DNA from: Candidatus Zambryskiibacteriota bacterium | GTDB taxonomy: Bacteria; Patescibacteriota; Minisyncoccia; Phycocordibacterales; WO2-35-19 | DNA length: 64,000 nt | Reading direction: 5' to 3' | Assembly (NCBI GenBank): GCA_003233455.1 | Contig: QILQ01000012.1 | Span: forward strand, 4,441 to 68,440 | Shown: positions 47,550 to 56,397 of the stretch, in pieces | Layout of the letters: the number at the start of each line of letters is the position of its first letter | Numbering within the stretch: the stretch's first letter is position 1 | Notes under the pieces: generated by a model | Databases searched by the model: none | Told to the model about the DNA's origin: nothing | The model's input: only the letters and a program-made list of their open reading frames with translations | Translations under genes and position numbers: made by a program

Positions 47550-47575
47550 TTTTGTAGCGATTAATCGCTACAAAA
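47550..47575. promoter_or_regulatory. 26-bp perfect palindrome upstream of tsaE (candidate operator)
   Basis: TTTTGTAGCGATT|AATCGCTACAAAA. Confidence 0.3.
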
Positions 47576-47630
47576 CAAAGTATATAAATTATTTCAAAAA
47601 TATTTTTTAGCTATGCTACAATATTGAAAT

Positions 47631-48125
47631 ATGAAAGAATTTTTATCTAAAAATGTAGAAGAAACAGCCAAAATTGCTACTGATTTTGGAAAGCAATTAA
47701 ATAGAATAAACAGAAAGGCACCTTCCGCAAAAGCTACTGTTGTGGGGTTGTATGGAGAATTGGGAAGTGGTAAGACTGCTTTTATGAAATATTTAGCGAA
47801 TTTTTTTGGTATTAAAGAAACTATCCAAAGTCCAACTTATGTAATTATGAAAACTTATAAAACCTCACCCCCCAGCCCCCTCTCCTTAACAAGGAGAGGG
47901 GGAGAAGAAAACTCCCGTTCTCTTGGGAGTGAGGTGTTCCAACATTTAATTCATATTGACGCTTATCGGATAGAAAAAGAAGATGAGATGATAAATTTAG
48001 GTTGGCAAGAAATTATATCTGACCCTAAAAATTTAATTTGTATAGAATGGCCGGAAAATATCTCAGGTATAATGCCTGAGCATACTATGATAAAATTTAA
48101 ACAAAAAATGACGAAAGAAAAATAG
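47631..48125 (+). CDS. tsaE: tRNA threonylcarbamoyladenosine biosynthesis ATPase TsaE with in-frame repeat-element insertion
   Basis: VGLYGELGSGKTAFMKYL...IQSPTYVIMKTY...IHIDAYRI...LICIEWPE; 22-aa insert SPPSPLSLTRRGGEENSRSLGS encoded by repeat. Confidence 0.7.
   Translation: MKEFLSKNVEETAKIATDFGKQLNRINRKAPSAKATVVGLYGELGSGKTAFMKYLANFFGIKETIQSPTYVIMKTYKTSPPSPLSLTRRGGEENSRSLGSEVFQHLIHIDAYRIEKEDEMINLGWQEIISDPKNLICIEWPENISGIMPEHTMIKFKQKMTKEK
47863..47936. repeat. GC-rich composite palindromic repeat element inserted in frame in tsaE
   Basis: CCTCACCCC...CCCCCTCTCCTTaacaAGGAGAGGGGG...ACTCCCgttctcttGGGAGTGAGGTG. Confidence 0.7.
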
Positions 48126-48259
48126 TTGTAAAAATAAAAGAATAAATTGGTATTATTAATATAATAAGTTGGTCTAATTATTTTAAAAATGATGGAAAAG
48201 ATGTTGGAGAGCTAGTTAAAGAAGAATTTCAAAAGATAAAAGAAAAGAAAAATTGAATT

Positions 48260-48658
48260 ATGAAAGACGAGAATAATTATGCTTTTATAGATAGTCAGAA
48301 TTTAAACTTAAGTATTAGAGAACTTGATTGGATTTTGGATTTCGCTCGTTTTAGAGTTTATCTGAAAGAAAAATATATAGTAAACAAAGCCTTTCTTTTT
48401 ATAGGTTTTGTTGAATCAAATAAAAAACTTTATAATTTTTTATCTCGAGCTGGATATGTTTGTATTTTTAAACCAACTCTAAAATATAAAAATGGAGAAA
48501 CAAAAGGAAATTGTGACGCAGAATTAATACCCAATAAACTTAAATTTTCTGCTTTGTTAAAATTTCGACAATTACGATCTTTTTTACGTTATATGAATGA
48601 CTTAAGGCAAAAATTGGAGTATAAAAAGAAAAGACCCTATAAGGACAAAACCTTATAG
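48260..48658 (+). CDS. NYN-domain protein paralog (shorter, possibly degraded)
   Basis: NNYAFIDSQNLNLS... aligns with N-terminus of 37038..37529 product. Confidence 0.45.
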   Translation: MKDENNYAFIDSQNLNLSIRELDWILDFARFRVYLKEKYIVNKAFLFIGFVESNKKLYNFLSRAGYVCIFKPTLKYKNGETKGNCDAELIPNKLKFSALLKFRQLRSFLRYMNDLRQKLEYKKKRPYKDKTL

Positions 48659-48710
48659 GGTAATCTTTTCCGTTGGTGATACGATTACAACAATATCAAA
48701 GTAAAAAATT

Positions 48711-51131
48711 ATGTCAAGTAAAAATGTGAATAAAAAAGAAAAGAAGAAACTAGTATTGCTTGATGCACACGCTATTATTCATCGGGCTTATCACGCCATA
48801 CCTGATTTTGCGACCAGTAGGGGTGAGCCGACTGGAGCTTTATATGGGTTGATTTTAATGATTTTGAAAATAGCGACGGATTTGAAACCGGATTATATTG
48901 TGGCTTGCTATGATTTACCAAAACCAACTTATAGGCACGAAGTTTATGAAGGATATAAAGCAGGTAGAGCAAAGACTGATAATGATTTAGTGGAACAGCT
49001 TGAAAAATCAAAACAAATTTGCGAAGTTTTAAATATTCCGATGTATTCTAAAGAAGGTTTTGAAGCGGATGATATGCTTGGCACTATTGTAGAAAAAACT
49101 AAAAATGATAAATTAGATATAATTATAGCCTCTGGCGATATGGATACGATGCAGTTGGTAAAAGATGCCGATAAAAATAATGGAAATGTAAAAGTTTATA
49201 CTTTAAAAAAAGGCATTAAAGAAACTATTTTATATGATGAAAAAGAGGTTAAAGAAAGATTTGGTTTTGAACCGAAATTTTTAGTAGATTTTAAAGGATT
49301 GCGAGGAGATCCATCAGATAATATTATCGGTATAGTGGGCATAGGAGAAAAAAGCGCGACCGAATTAGTAAAAAATTTTGGCAGTATTGAAAATATTTAT
49401 AAAATTTTAAAAAAGAATCCAAAAAAACTTGAAGAAAGAGGTATCAAAAAAAGGATAATAGAACTTTTGAAAGAGGGGGAAGAAGAAGCGAAGTTTAGTA
49501 AAATGTTGGCTACCATCAGAAGAGACGCACCAATTGATTTTATTTTGCCGACTGAAAAATGGAAGGATGGTTTAGATTTGAAAAAAGCAGATAATTTATT
49601 TTCTAAATTTGAATTTAGAAAGATGGGGGAAAAATTAAGGAGTGTTTTAAATAATCGCTCAGGAAGTCCTGCTCAAAAAGTCCTCGGGTCGCACTTACAG
49701 GACTCAACCAAACTTTCCTCACAGGATTTCCTGAGTGATAATGACCTTCAAGAATTAAAAATAGCTCTTTGGGTGGTTAATTCAAATATAACTAATCCTA
49801 AAGTAGAAGATATTTTTAATTTTACTGGTGTAAATTCACTAGAAAAAAGTAAAGAAATAATTTTTGCGGAGCTTAAAAAAAGAGAAAGTGAATTTATTTT
49901 TGAGGAAATAGAAAAACCTTTACTTTCTGTAATTAAAAAAATGGAAGATAGAGGAGTTTTAATAGATGCTGAATTTTTAAAAAAATTAAATAAAAATTAT
50001 TCAAAAGATGTAAAAGAAATAGAAAAGAAAATATGGAAAGAGGCGGATACCGAGTTTAATGTGGCTTCTCCAAAACAGTTGGGAGAAATTTTATTTAATA
50101 AATTGAGTCTGACTGTTAAATATCAAAAGAAAACAAGCACTGGAGCCAAATCAACCAAAGAATCTGAATTGCTAAAAATGAAAGATTTACACCCCATAAT
50201 ACCAATGATTTTAGAATTTCGGGAGCTTTCAAAACTTGTTTCTACTTATATAGAACCTATACCTAAAATGGTGGATAATAAAAATAGATTGCATACTAAA
50301 TTTATCCAAACCGGCACCACTACCGGTCGGATGGCATCGCAAAACCCTAATTTGCAAAATATTCCCATAGGTTCAGAAAAAGGAAAAGTAATCAGAAAAG
50401 CTTTTTTGGCTCCAAAAGGATTTAAATTAGCCTCTTTTGATTATTCGCAAATAGAACTCAGAATTGCCGCTTTTCTCTCCGGTGATAAAAAATTGATTCA
50501 AATTTTTAAGTTAAACGAAGATGTCCATAGCAGTGTCGCTTCATATGTTTTTGGAGTATCAACAGAAAAAGTGGATAAAGAAATGCGTCGGAGAGCTAAA
50601 GTAATAAACTTCGGTATTCTTTATGGGATGGGGGTAAATGCTTTGATGAAAAATTTGGGCTCTGATAGAAAAACAGCTCAAGAATTTTATAATACTTATT
50701 TTGAAAAATTTGACGGTTTGGCGCGATATTTGGATTCTTCAAAAGAAGAAGTAAATAAACTTGGTTATACTAAAACATTTTTTGGTAGGCGGAGATATTT
50801 TGAAGGTATCAAATCCAAACTGTCTTTTATTCGGGCGGCGGCGGAAAGGATGGCTATTAACGCTCCGATTCAGGGAACTTCAGCTGATATTATTAAAATA
50901 GCTATGAAAAAAGTTGATGATTTTATTGTAGAAAATAAATTAGAGAAAAAAGTTTATCTTATTCTTCAAATTCACGATGAGCTTATTTATGAAATATCGG
51001 ATGATTTAATAATGGAAATAACGCCAAAAATAAAAAATATAATGCAAAATATTTTGTCTCCCGAGAAAATTTATAAAGTGCCTATTATTGTTAATTTCTC
51101 TTCGGGACAAAATTGGGGAGAATTATCTTAA
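48711..51131 (+). CDS. polA: DNA polymerase I (5'-3' exonuclease + polymerase; 3'-5' exonuclease domain vestigial/absent)
   Basis: N-terminal 5'-nuclease, C-terminal KFIQTGTTTGRMASQNPNLQNIP, RRRAKVINFGILYGMG, ILQIHDELIYE; only ~90 aa between domains. Confidence 0.85.
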   Translation: MSSKNVNKKEKKKLVLLDAHAIIHRAYHAIPDFATSRGEPTGALYGLILMILKIATDLKPDYIVACYDLPKPTYRHEVYEGYKAGRAKTDNDLVEQLEKSKQICEVLNIPMYSKEGFEADDMLGTIVEKTKNDKLDIIIASGDMDTMQLVKDADKNNGNVKVYTLKKGIKETILYDEKEVKERFGFEPKFLVDFKGLRGDPSDNIIGIVGIGEKSATELVKNFGSIENIYKILKKNPKKLEERGIKKRIIELLKEGEEEAKFSKMLATIRRDAPIDFILPTEKWKDGLDLKKADNLFSKFEFRKMGEKLRSVLNNRSGSPAQKVLGSHLQDSTKLSSQDFLSDNDLQELKIALWVVNSNITNPKVEDIFNFTGVNSLEKSKEIIFAELKKRESEFIFEEIEKPLLSVIKKMEDRGVLIDAEFLKKLNKNYSKDVKEIEKKIWKEADTEFNVASPKQLGEILFNKLSLTVKYQKKTSTGAKSTKESELLKMKDLHPIIPMILEFRELSKLVSTYIEPIPKMVDNKNRLHTKFIQTGTTTGRMASQNPNLQNIPIGSEKGKVIRKAFLAPKGFKLASFDYSQIELRIAAFLSGDKKLIQIFKLNEDVHSSVASYVFGVSTEKVDKEMRRRAKVINFGILYGMGVNALMKNLGSDRKTAQEFYNTYFEKFDGLARYLDSSKEEVNKLGYTKTFFGRRRYFEGIKSKLSFIRAAAERMAINAPIQGTSADIIKIAMKKVDDFIVENKLEKKVYLILQIHDELIYEISDDLIMEITPKIKNIMQNILSPEKIYKVPIIVNFSSGQNWGELS
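49662..49736. repeat. Palindromic repeat element in frame in polA (shares 36-nt core with murE copy)
   Basis: CAAAAAGTCCTCGGGTCGCACTTACAGGACTCAACC vs reverse complement of 57230-57265 (1 mismatch). Confidence 0.7.
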
Positions 51132-51157
51132 CTTTAGTCGGAAAAGTAAAAATTAAA

Positions 51158-51616
51158 ATGCTAAATTTATTTAAAGAATATGAAGGAATTTTCAATCCAG
51201 AAGTAAAAGAAGATTCTAATATAAAAGAAAAAAAAGGAAGAGTTTTTAACTATAATCCTTTTGCTTTGCAAGACGCGATAGGGGAGAAAAATATAAAAAA
51301 AACTTGGATTGAATATCAAAAACTAAAATTAGCCGGTATAGGAGCTGAAGAGATTATACATAGTATAGTAAGAAAAGTAAGAGATATGACATTTATAATA
51401 ATAGGTATCAGCAAAGAAGATTTGGGTTTAAAAGATTATCCGTATAATAAATCAAAAAGAGATGCTAAAAATTGGAAAGAATTAGAACTTAAAAATTTTT
51501 ACACCAAACTGATAATAATTTATCACCAGTCGCGGATGACTTATCCAAATGGTTATTCAATCAATCGGATTGATGAACTTGAGATAGCAATTGAAAAAAT
51601 TTTGCTTAGTATCTAA
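51158..51616 (+). CDS. Hypothetical protein
   Basis: ATG at 51158 (MLNLFKEYEG...), no recognisable domain. Confidence 0.3.
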   Translation: MLNLFKEYEGIFNPEVKEDSNIKEKKGRVFNYNPFALQDAIGEKNIKKTWIEYQKLKLAGIGAEEIIHSIVRKVRDMTFIIIGISKEDLGLKDYPYNKSKRDAKNWKELELKNFYTKLIIIYHQSRMTYPNGYSINRIDELEIAIEKILLSI

Positions 51617-51941
51617 ACTTAGTTATGGCTTCGTGAGTATTGATTTTTCTATAAAATAATTTACTGCAAATAAAAATAACTCTAATAAAAAATCCGGCAA
51701 TCAAGGTTTGCATAATCCAACTCGTATCTCGGATAGCGACTATAAAAAAATTAAAAGTAGAATAAATATTGTTTTTAGGTATGTTGTTTAAAACATTATG
51801 GAAAGAGATTAATAAAAAAGAAATAATAAAAAATAAAGCAAGCATAAAATAATCAGAATAATCCATAAAAATATTTTTTGCATATTCCAAATAAATGCGA
51901 GACATTACTCTTGTTTTTAGATTTAAAAAATTAGTATTCAT
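51606..51941 (-). CDS. Small membrane protein downstream of ECF sigma factor (candidate anti-sigma)
   Basis: 111 aa with 2 TM helices, overlaps sigma gene end. Confidence 0.3.
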   Translation of the reverse strand: MNTNFLNLKTRVMSRIYLEYAKNIFMDYSDYFMLALFFIISFLLISFHNVLNNIPKNNIYSTFNFFIVAIRDTSWIMQTLIAGFFIRVIFICSKLFYRKINTHEAITKFRY

Positions 51942-52473
51942 AATTGTTGTTAAATTTTTTATATATTTCTATAAACATTTTTTTAGATCGATGAACTCTA
52001 ACTCTGGCAGTACTATTTTTTATATTTAATATTCTGGAAATTTCTTTGAATGATTTACCTAAAATATAACGTAAATTTATTATCTCGGCCGCCTTACCGC
52101 CTATTTTGTCTAATACAAATCGCGCATAATTCTGATTGTCATTAATAACATATTCTTCACTTAACATATCCGACGCATCTCCCATTTCTTCAACGAAAGT
52201 AACAGATATATTTTTATATTTATTAATTTGGTCAGCCATACAATTTTTTAAGATAGTATTAGCCCATGGTCTAAACTTACCTCCATTTATGGGAAATTTT
52301 TTACCATATTTATAAATTTTTATAAAAGTATCCTGAACCGCGTCTTCAGCGTCATCTTTTGACCTGAGAGTTTGCTCGGCGATTTTTAAAAACCTCTTAT
52401 AATGGCGGTCAAAAAGTTCGCTAAAATGGTGAGGTCTTTTATATGAAAGCTTTAATATTTCCTCGTCGCTCAT
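51931..52473 (-). CDS. ECF-type RNA polymerase sigma factor
   Basis: DAEDAVQDTFIKIY (region 2), ...ILGKSFKEISRILNIKNSTARVRVHRSKK (region 4). Confidence 0.75.
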   Translation of the reverse strand: MSDEEILKLSYKRPHHFSELFDRHYKRFLKIAEQTLRSKDDAEDAVQDTFIKIYKYGKKFPINGGKFRPWANTILKNCMADQINKYKNISVTFVEEMGDASDMLSEEYVINDNQNYARFVLDKIGGKAAEIINLRYILGKSFKEISRILNIKNSTARVRVHRSKKMFIEIYKKFNNNYEY

Positions 52474-52757
52474 ATTTATATGACTATTGTTTTATTAAAA
52501 ATGTTACATCGTAACTTTCATGGTTAATTGTAGGTCATAAGTGATATAGAAGCAATAATTACAAAATTATGATGTTTATACAAAAAATAAAACAACAAAA
52601 TATAGAATTTTTTCTAAAAGCGCGCCTCTCCAGAGCCCCGCCCTAGAGGGCGTTTAAAACAACAAGACAACACAATTTAAACAAAATTTAATATAAAATT
52701 CCGCGCCATTATGCCAAAAGCATACAACAAGTGCGGAGTTTTTGTTTGTGTATTTTG

Positions 52758-52830
52758 TGCGCCCAGTAGGAATTGAACCTACGACCATTTGCTTAAAAGG
52801 CAACTGCTCTACCAACTGAGCTATGGGCGC
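52758..52830 (-). tRNA. tRNA-Lys (anticodon UUU), no encoded CCA
   Basis: GCGCCCATAGCTCAGTTGGTAGAGCAGTTGCCTTTTAAGCAAATGGTCGTAGGTTCAATTCCTACTGGGCGCA, close to E. coli tRNA-Lys. Confidence 0.85.
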
Positions 52831-52890
52831 ATTAAAACATTGAAAATATAACACAAAATTCTCAAAAACGAAAATTATATAGTATAAATT

Positions 52891-53385
52891 TTACAAAGGC
52901 AAGTCTATGGCGAAAGCACCGGCGCCGGAGAAAAGAAGAGAAATAACAATAGCCAAAAGCATAAAATAAAAAACAAAATTTCTTTTAAGGACTTCCGGTT
53001 CTTTATATTCAATATAGCTTTCGGCAAAGACCAAAAGGCCTAAAACTAAAGCGGCTATTTGAGTATAAAATCCTAGAATAAGCATTACTCCACCTATCAT
53101 CTCAATACCTCCAAATATTTTGACTGCTAATTTAGGGTTGGGTATTTTCAAGGCGGAGAGAGAAATAATCCACCTTTCCTTTTCATTTTTGAAGGCTAAA
53201 AACCCTAGATCTATAAATATAAGACCAGCTACTAGACGCAAAATAAGTGGTGCCAGTAGCGAATAAATAAGTAACTCTGGAAATGGATTTAACATATAAA
53301 TATAATATACTAATATACTAATGATGCAAATGAAACAAATGGCTACAAATAATACAATTGTCATATTAAATAATATACGAAGCAA
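52891..53385 (-). CDS. DoxX-family membrane protein
   Basis: 164 aa, four TM helices, ...FGGIEMIGGVMLILG... Confidence 0.5.
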   Translation of the reverse strand: MLRILFNMTIVLFVAICFICIISILVYYIYMLNPFPELLIYSLLAPLILRLVAGLIFIDLGFLAFKNEKERWIISLSALKIPNPKLAVKIFGGIEMIGGVMLILGFYTQIAALVLGLLVFAESYIEYKEPEVLKRNFVFYFMLLAIVISLLFSGAGAFAIDLPL

Positions 53386-53935
53386 TCAAAATGTTGGTTC
53401 TATTTTTAGGACTGCCGATGCTGTTGGTGTTTCAAAGATAATTTTAGTTGGTTATACTCCAACGCCTACCGATAGATTTGGCAGGGAAAATAAAGGTTTG
53501 ACTAAAGCTTCTTTGGGAGCAGAGAAATTTGTAAAATGGGAGAAAATTGGGAAACTTTCTGAAGTTATTAATAAATTAAAAAATCAGAAAAATTCGTCCT
53601 CCTCACTTAGCACACATAATTTTCTTCTGAAAATTTGCTCTGCTCGGTCTCTCGACCTGCGCAAGGCACGTTCAGAGAAGAATTTTTCTGATTTTTTAAT
53701 TATAGGTATAGAACAAAATAAAAAAGCGATTGATTATAGAAAAATAAAAAATTTGAACCTTGTAACTTGTAACTCTAATCTTGCTCTGGTTTTTGGAAAT
53801 GAAGTTGATGGGCTTTCAAAAGAAGATTTAAAACTTTGCGATATGGTTGCCCAACTTCCAATGTTGGGCAAAAAAGAATCTCTCAATGTTGCTGTTTGTG
53901 CCGGCATTGTTTTGTATTCTTTAATAACTAATTGA
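53321..53935 (+). CDS. SpoU/TrmH-family RNA 2'-O-methyltransferase (with possible inserted segment)
   Basis: NQNVGSIFRTADAVGV...LVFGNEVDGLS...NVAVCAGIVLY; ~35 aa low-complexity insert around 53590-53700. Confidence 0.65.
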   Translation: MMQMKQMATNNTIVILNNIRSNQNVGSIFRTADAVGVSKIILVGYTPTPTDRFGRENKGLTKASLGAEKFVKWEKIGKLSEVINKLKNQKNSSSSLSTHNFLLKICSARSLDLRKARSEKNFSDFLIIGIEQNKKAIDYRKIKNLNLVTCNSNLALVFGNEVDGLSKEDLKLCDMVAQLPMLGKKESLNVAVCAGIVLYSLITN

Positions 53936-54853
53936 ATCAACAATCAGACCTTTTTCATCGTGGAGGTCTATTTTATCATGTCTTGTTCGCCAAAGCGGTC
54001 CAAATTTATTTAAATAAATACGATATTCATTACCCGGAAAATCGGTATCACCAAGATGTTTGGCTATACAAGTATTATAATTTATTTGGGTAGTGATATA
54101 GGTTTTGCAAGCTGAGGAAACAGTATCAGGTAAGTCCCTTATAAATTCATTATCTCTGGTAACGCATCGCGGTATTCTTTCTATAATATTCAAACATTCA
54201 TCATTCCTATCATAAACGTTGGAAAATCTTGGTAAATTTTCGTCTTTTGACAGAGGACATTGTAAAGACAAACTTGGATAAAATGTCCTATTTTCTTCAA
54301 AATAACCGGTACATTTATTTGTTCGGAAAGATATACCTATAGGAGAAAAACCTTTAATTAAATAAACCCTATCTCCTTGTTGAAGGACTACATTACTTTC
54401 TGTTTTGGCAAAAGGAAATGGCAATAAAGCTGCTTGACCGATGATAGTATAATATCCGGTAACTTCACTCTTTAAATACCAGTCGGTTATTTTTAGAGTC
54501 TCATTTTTTTTGAGATTGGTAGAAAGAGAAAGATATTCTTCATTAGGATTATCTTGATAAAGTCCGGATATGTTTGACATTCTAATTTTATCGTAATAAG
54601 GAGAACGTTTGCTTCGTTTTATTTTTTTATCTAAACTTTGTTCTAATTTTTTGATGTCTTTTTTTGCTTCTTTTATATTTGCCGCTACTTCTTTATTTGA
54701 TGAATAACCTAAATTTTTATTGTTTGTTCCGATTGAAGAAATATTTTTGGAGATGTTGTTCCTATTTGTCTTGGCTTTTTTGAGCGGACTGTAAGCAAGT
54801 CCTACAAGAATAAACAAAACTAATATTATAATCAATGGTTCCTTAATATTCAT
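53921..54853 (-). CDS. Hypothetical secreted protein
   Basis: Signal/anchor MNIKEPLIIILVLFILVGLAYS. Confidence 0.35.
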   Translation of the reverse strand: MNIKEPLIIILVLFILVGLAYSPLKKAKTNRNNISKNISSIGTNNKNLGYSSNKEVAANIKEAKKDIKKLEQSLDKKIKRSKRSPYYDKIRMSNISGLYQDNPNEEYLSLSTNLKKNETLKITDWYLKSEVTGYYTIIGQAALLPFPFAKTESNVVLQQGDRVYLIKGFSPIGISFRTNKCTGYFEENRTFYPSLSLQCPLSKDENLPRFSNVYDRNDECLNIIERIPRCVTRDNEFIRDLPDTVSSACKTYITTQINYNTCIAKHLGDTDFPGNEYRIYLNKFGPLWRTRHDKIDLHDEKGLIVDSISY

Positions 54854-55769
54854 ATTTTATCTGGTGTTTGGAGCAAAAGTGAGCGCTTCTGCCCCTAATT
54901 ACTATTCTTTCTATTATACCCGAACAATTCCTTTTTGAACATTTTTGTCCTTTTTTACCGTAAACTTTATGAAAATTCTGAAAACCGCCTTTTTCACCAA
55001 AAACATTTCTATAATCCGATTTGGAATCGCCTCCATATTTAATTGAGAGTTTTAAAATTTTTTGCATTGCTTTAAAAATTTCCGCAAATTTCTCTTTCGG
55101 AATTTTATCGGCGAATGATAAGGGGTGAATGTCGGTTTGCCAAAGAATTTCGTCTGAATAAATGTTGCCAATACCGGCAATGGCTTTTTGGTCAAGTAAG
55201 GCGGATTTTATAGGGGTTCTCTTTTTCTTGCACATTATCTCAAAAAGTTTCTTGGCATTGAATTTCGGGTCAAGAGGGTCCGACCCGAGTTTTGATAAAG
55301 TTTTGTGTTGATGAAGTTTGGTTGTTTCAAAAATAGTAACAGAAGCAAATTTTCTCATATCAGAAAGCACTAAATGTTTATTATTTGATAAAGAAAAAAC
55401 TAGATGTATAAATTGATTGTATGAATCTTGAAGAGGTCCTTTTTTGTAATCACCAACCATTAAGTGTCCTGTCATTTTCATATGGATTATAATGGTGTAT
55501 AAAATCAAGGTTAAACCTTGGAGATTTTCAAGGTTTAACCTTGATTTTATGTGAATTAAAATATTTTTTCCTTTTTTTTCAATAGAAATAATTTTTGCTC
55601 CTACTACAATTTGTTTGAAATAATCAAAATACTTTTTATTTTTTATAGTCTGACTATTTCCGCAAGCGGTATTAACATAAAAATCAGACCAGACATCTTT
55701 AATAGTTTGTCCGATAATAGTCTTTTTTAATCCTTCAACTGTTGTATATACTTCTGGTAGTTCGGGCAT
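54843..55769 (-). CDS. mutM: Formamidopyrimidine-DNA glycosylase (Fpg/Nei family) with in-frame palindromic insertion
   Basis: MPELPEV N-terminus, C-terminal zinc finger C..C...C..C; insert KSRLNLENLQGLTLILYTII before HMKMTGHL. Confidence 0.75.
   Translation of the reverse strand: MPELPEVYTTVEGLKKTIIGQTIKDVWSDFYVNTACGNSQTIKNKKYFDYFKQIVVGAKIISIEKKGKNILIHIKSRLNLENLQGLTLILYTIIIHMKMTGHLMVGDYKKGPLQDSYNQFIHLVFSLSNNKHLVLSDMRKFASVTIFETTKLHQHKTLSKLGSDPLDPKFNAKKLFEIMCKKKRTPIKSALLDQKAIAGIGNIYSDEILWQTDIHPLSFADKIPKEKFAEIFKAMQKILKLSIKYGGDSKSDYRNVFGEKGGFQNFHKVYGKKGQKCSKRNCSGIIERIVIRGRSAHFCSKHQIKYEY
55498..55550. repeat. AT-rich perfect inverted repeat (23-bp arms) inserted in frame in mutM
   Basis: TATAAAATCAAGGTTAAACCTTG-gagatttt-CAAGGTTTAACCTTGATTTTAT. 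Confidence 0.75.
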
Positions 55770-55827
55770 AACTTAAAGATACAAATTTACTAATGATACT
55801 AATAATACAAATGACTACAAATTAAAA

Positions 55828-56109
55828 TTACAATCCTAATCTTTTTTTGGCAATTTCATAAACTTCTTTTCGGTGACCCATAACTTGGATTCTCACTTCT
55901 TTTCCAATAATTTCATAAATAATTCTGTAATCCCCAATTCTCAACCTCCAATATCCTCTAAGATTAGAACGTAGTGGTATACCGTAAATTTCTGGATGAA
56001 ATGATAGTTTTTTGTAACCTTTTAATAAAAGTTTTTTGGATATAGTTCCTAATCTTGGTAGGTCAATGTGCAGAACTTTTGGGTGATAATTTATTTGATA
56101 TGTTTCCAT
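55828..56109 (-). CDS. RelE/ParE-family toxin
   Basis: ...LRGYWRLRIGDYRIIYEIIGKEVRIQVMGHRKEVY. Confidence 0.6.
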   Translation of the reverse strand: METYQINYHPKVLHIDLPRLGTISKKLLLKGYKKLSFHPEIYGIPLRSNLRGYWRLRIGDYRIIYEIIGKEVRIQVMGHRKEVYEIAKKRLGL

Positions 56110-56324
56110 ACTTCTTCATGGGGGATATATTTCACATTCTTTTCTTTAGATCTTTTGTCTGCTATCTCAGCCCAAACAAGATCTTCCTCAAATTCTAAAG
56201 CTTGCTTCACCAACTCCCTAACTTTAGCTGATGTGGGCATGTGATCTCTTTTGGCAAGTTGCTTGATAGCCCAACCTGTGTCTTTATCAACAGTTATGTT
56301 TATTCTTTGTTTTGTGGTGGGCAT
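56091..56324 (-). CDS. Ribbon-helix-helix-type antitoxin partner
   Basis: 77 aa, overlaps toxin start. Confidence 0.4.
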   Translation of the reverse strand: MPTTKQRINITVDKDTGWAIKQLAKRDHMPTSAKVRELVKQALEFEEDLVWAEIADKRSKEKNVKYIPHEEVWKHIK

Positions 56325-56397
56325 AATGTTTTTATTATAAATTTATAATAATTTAAGTGTATCAAAAGTGTAACACTTGTCAATTTGACAATTTTCC

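Noticed and set aside
52654-52854. ORF 52654..52854-
   Set aside because: Overlaps tRNA-Lys.
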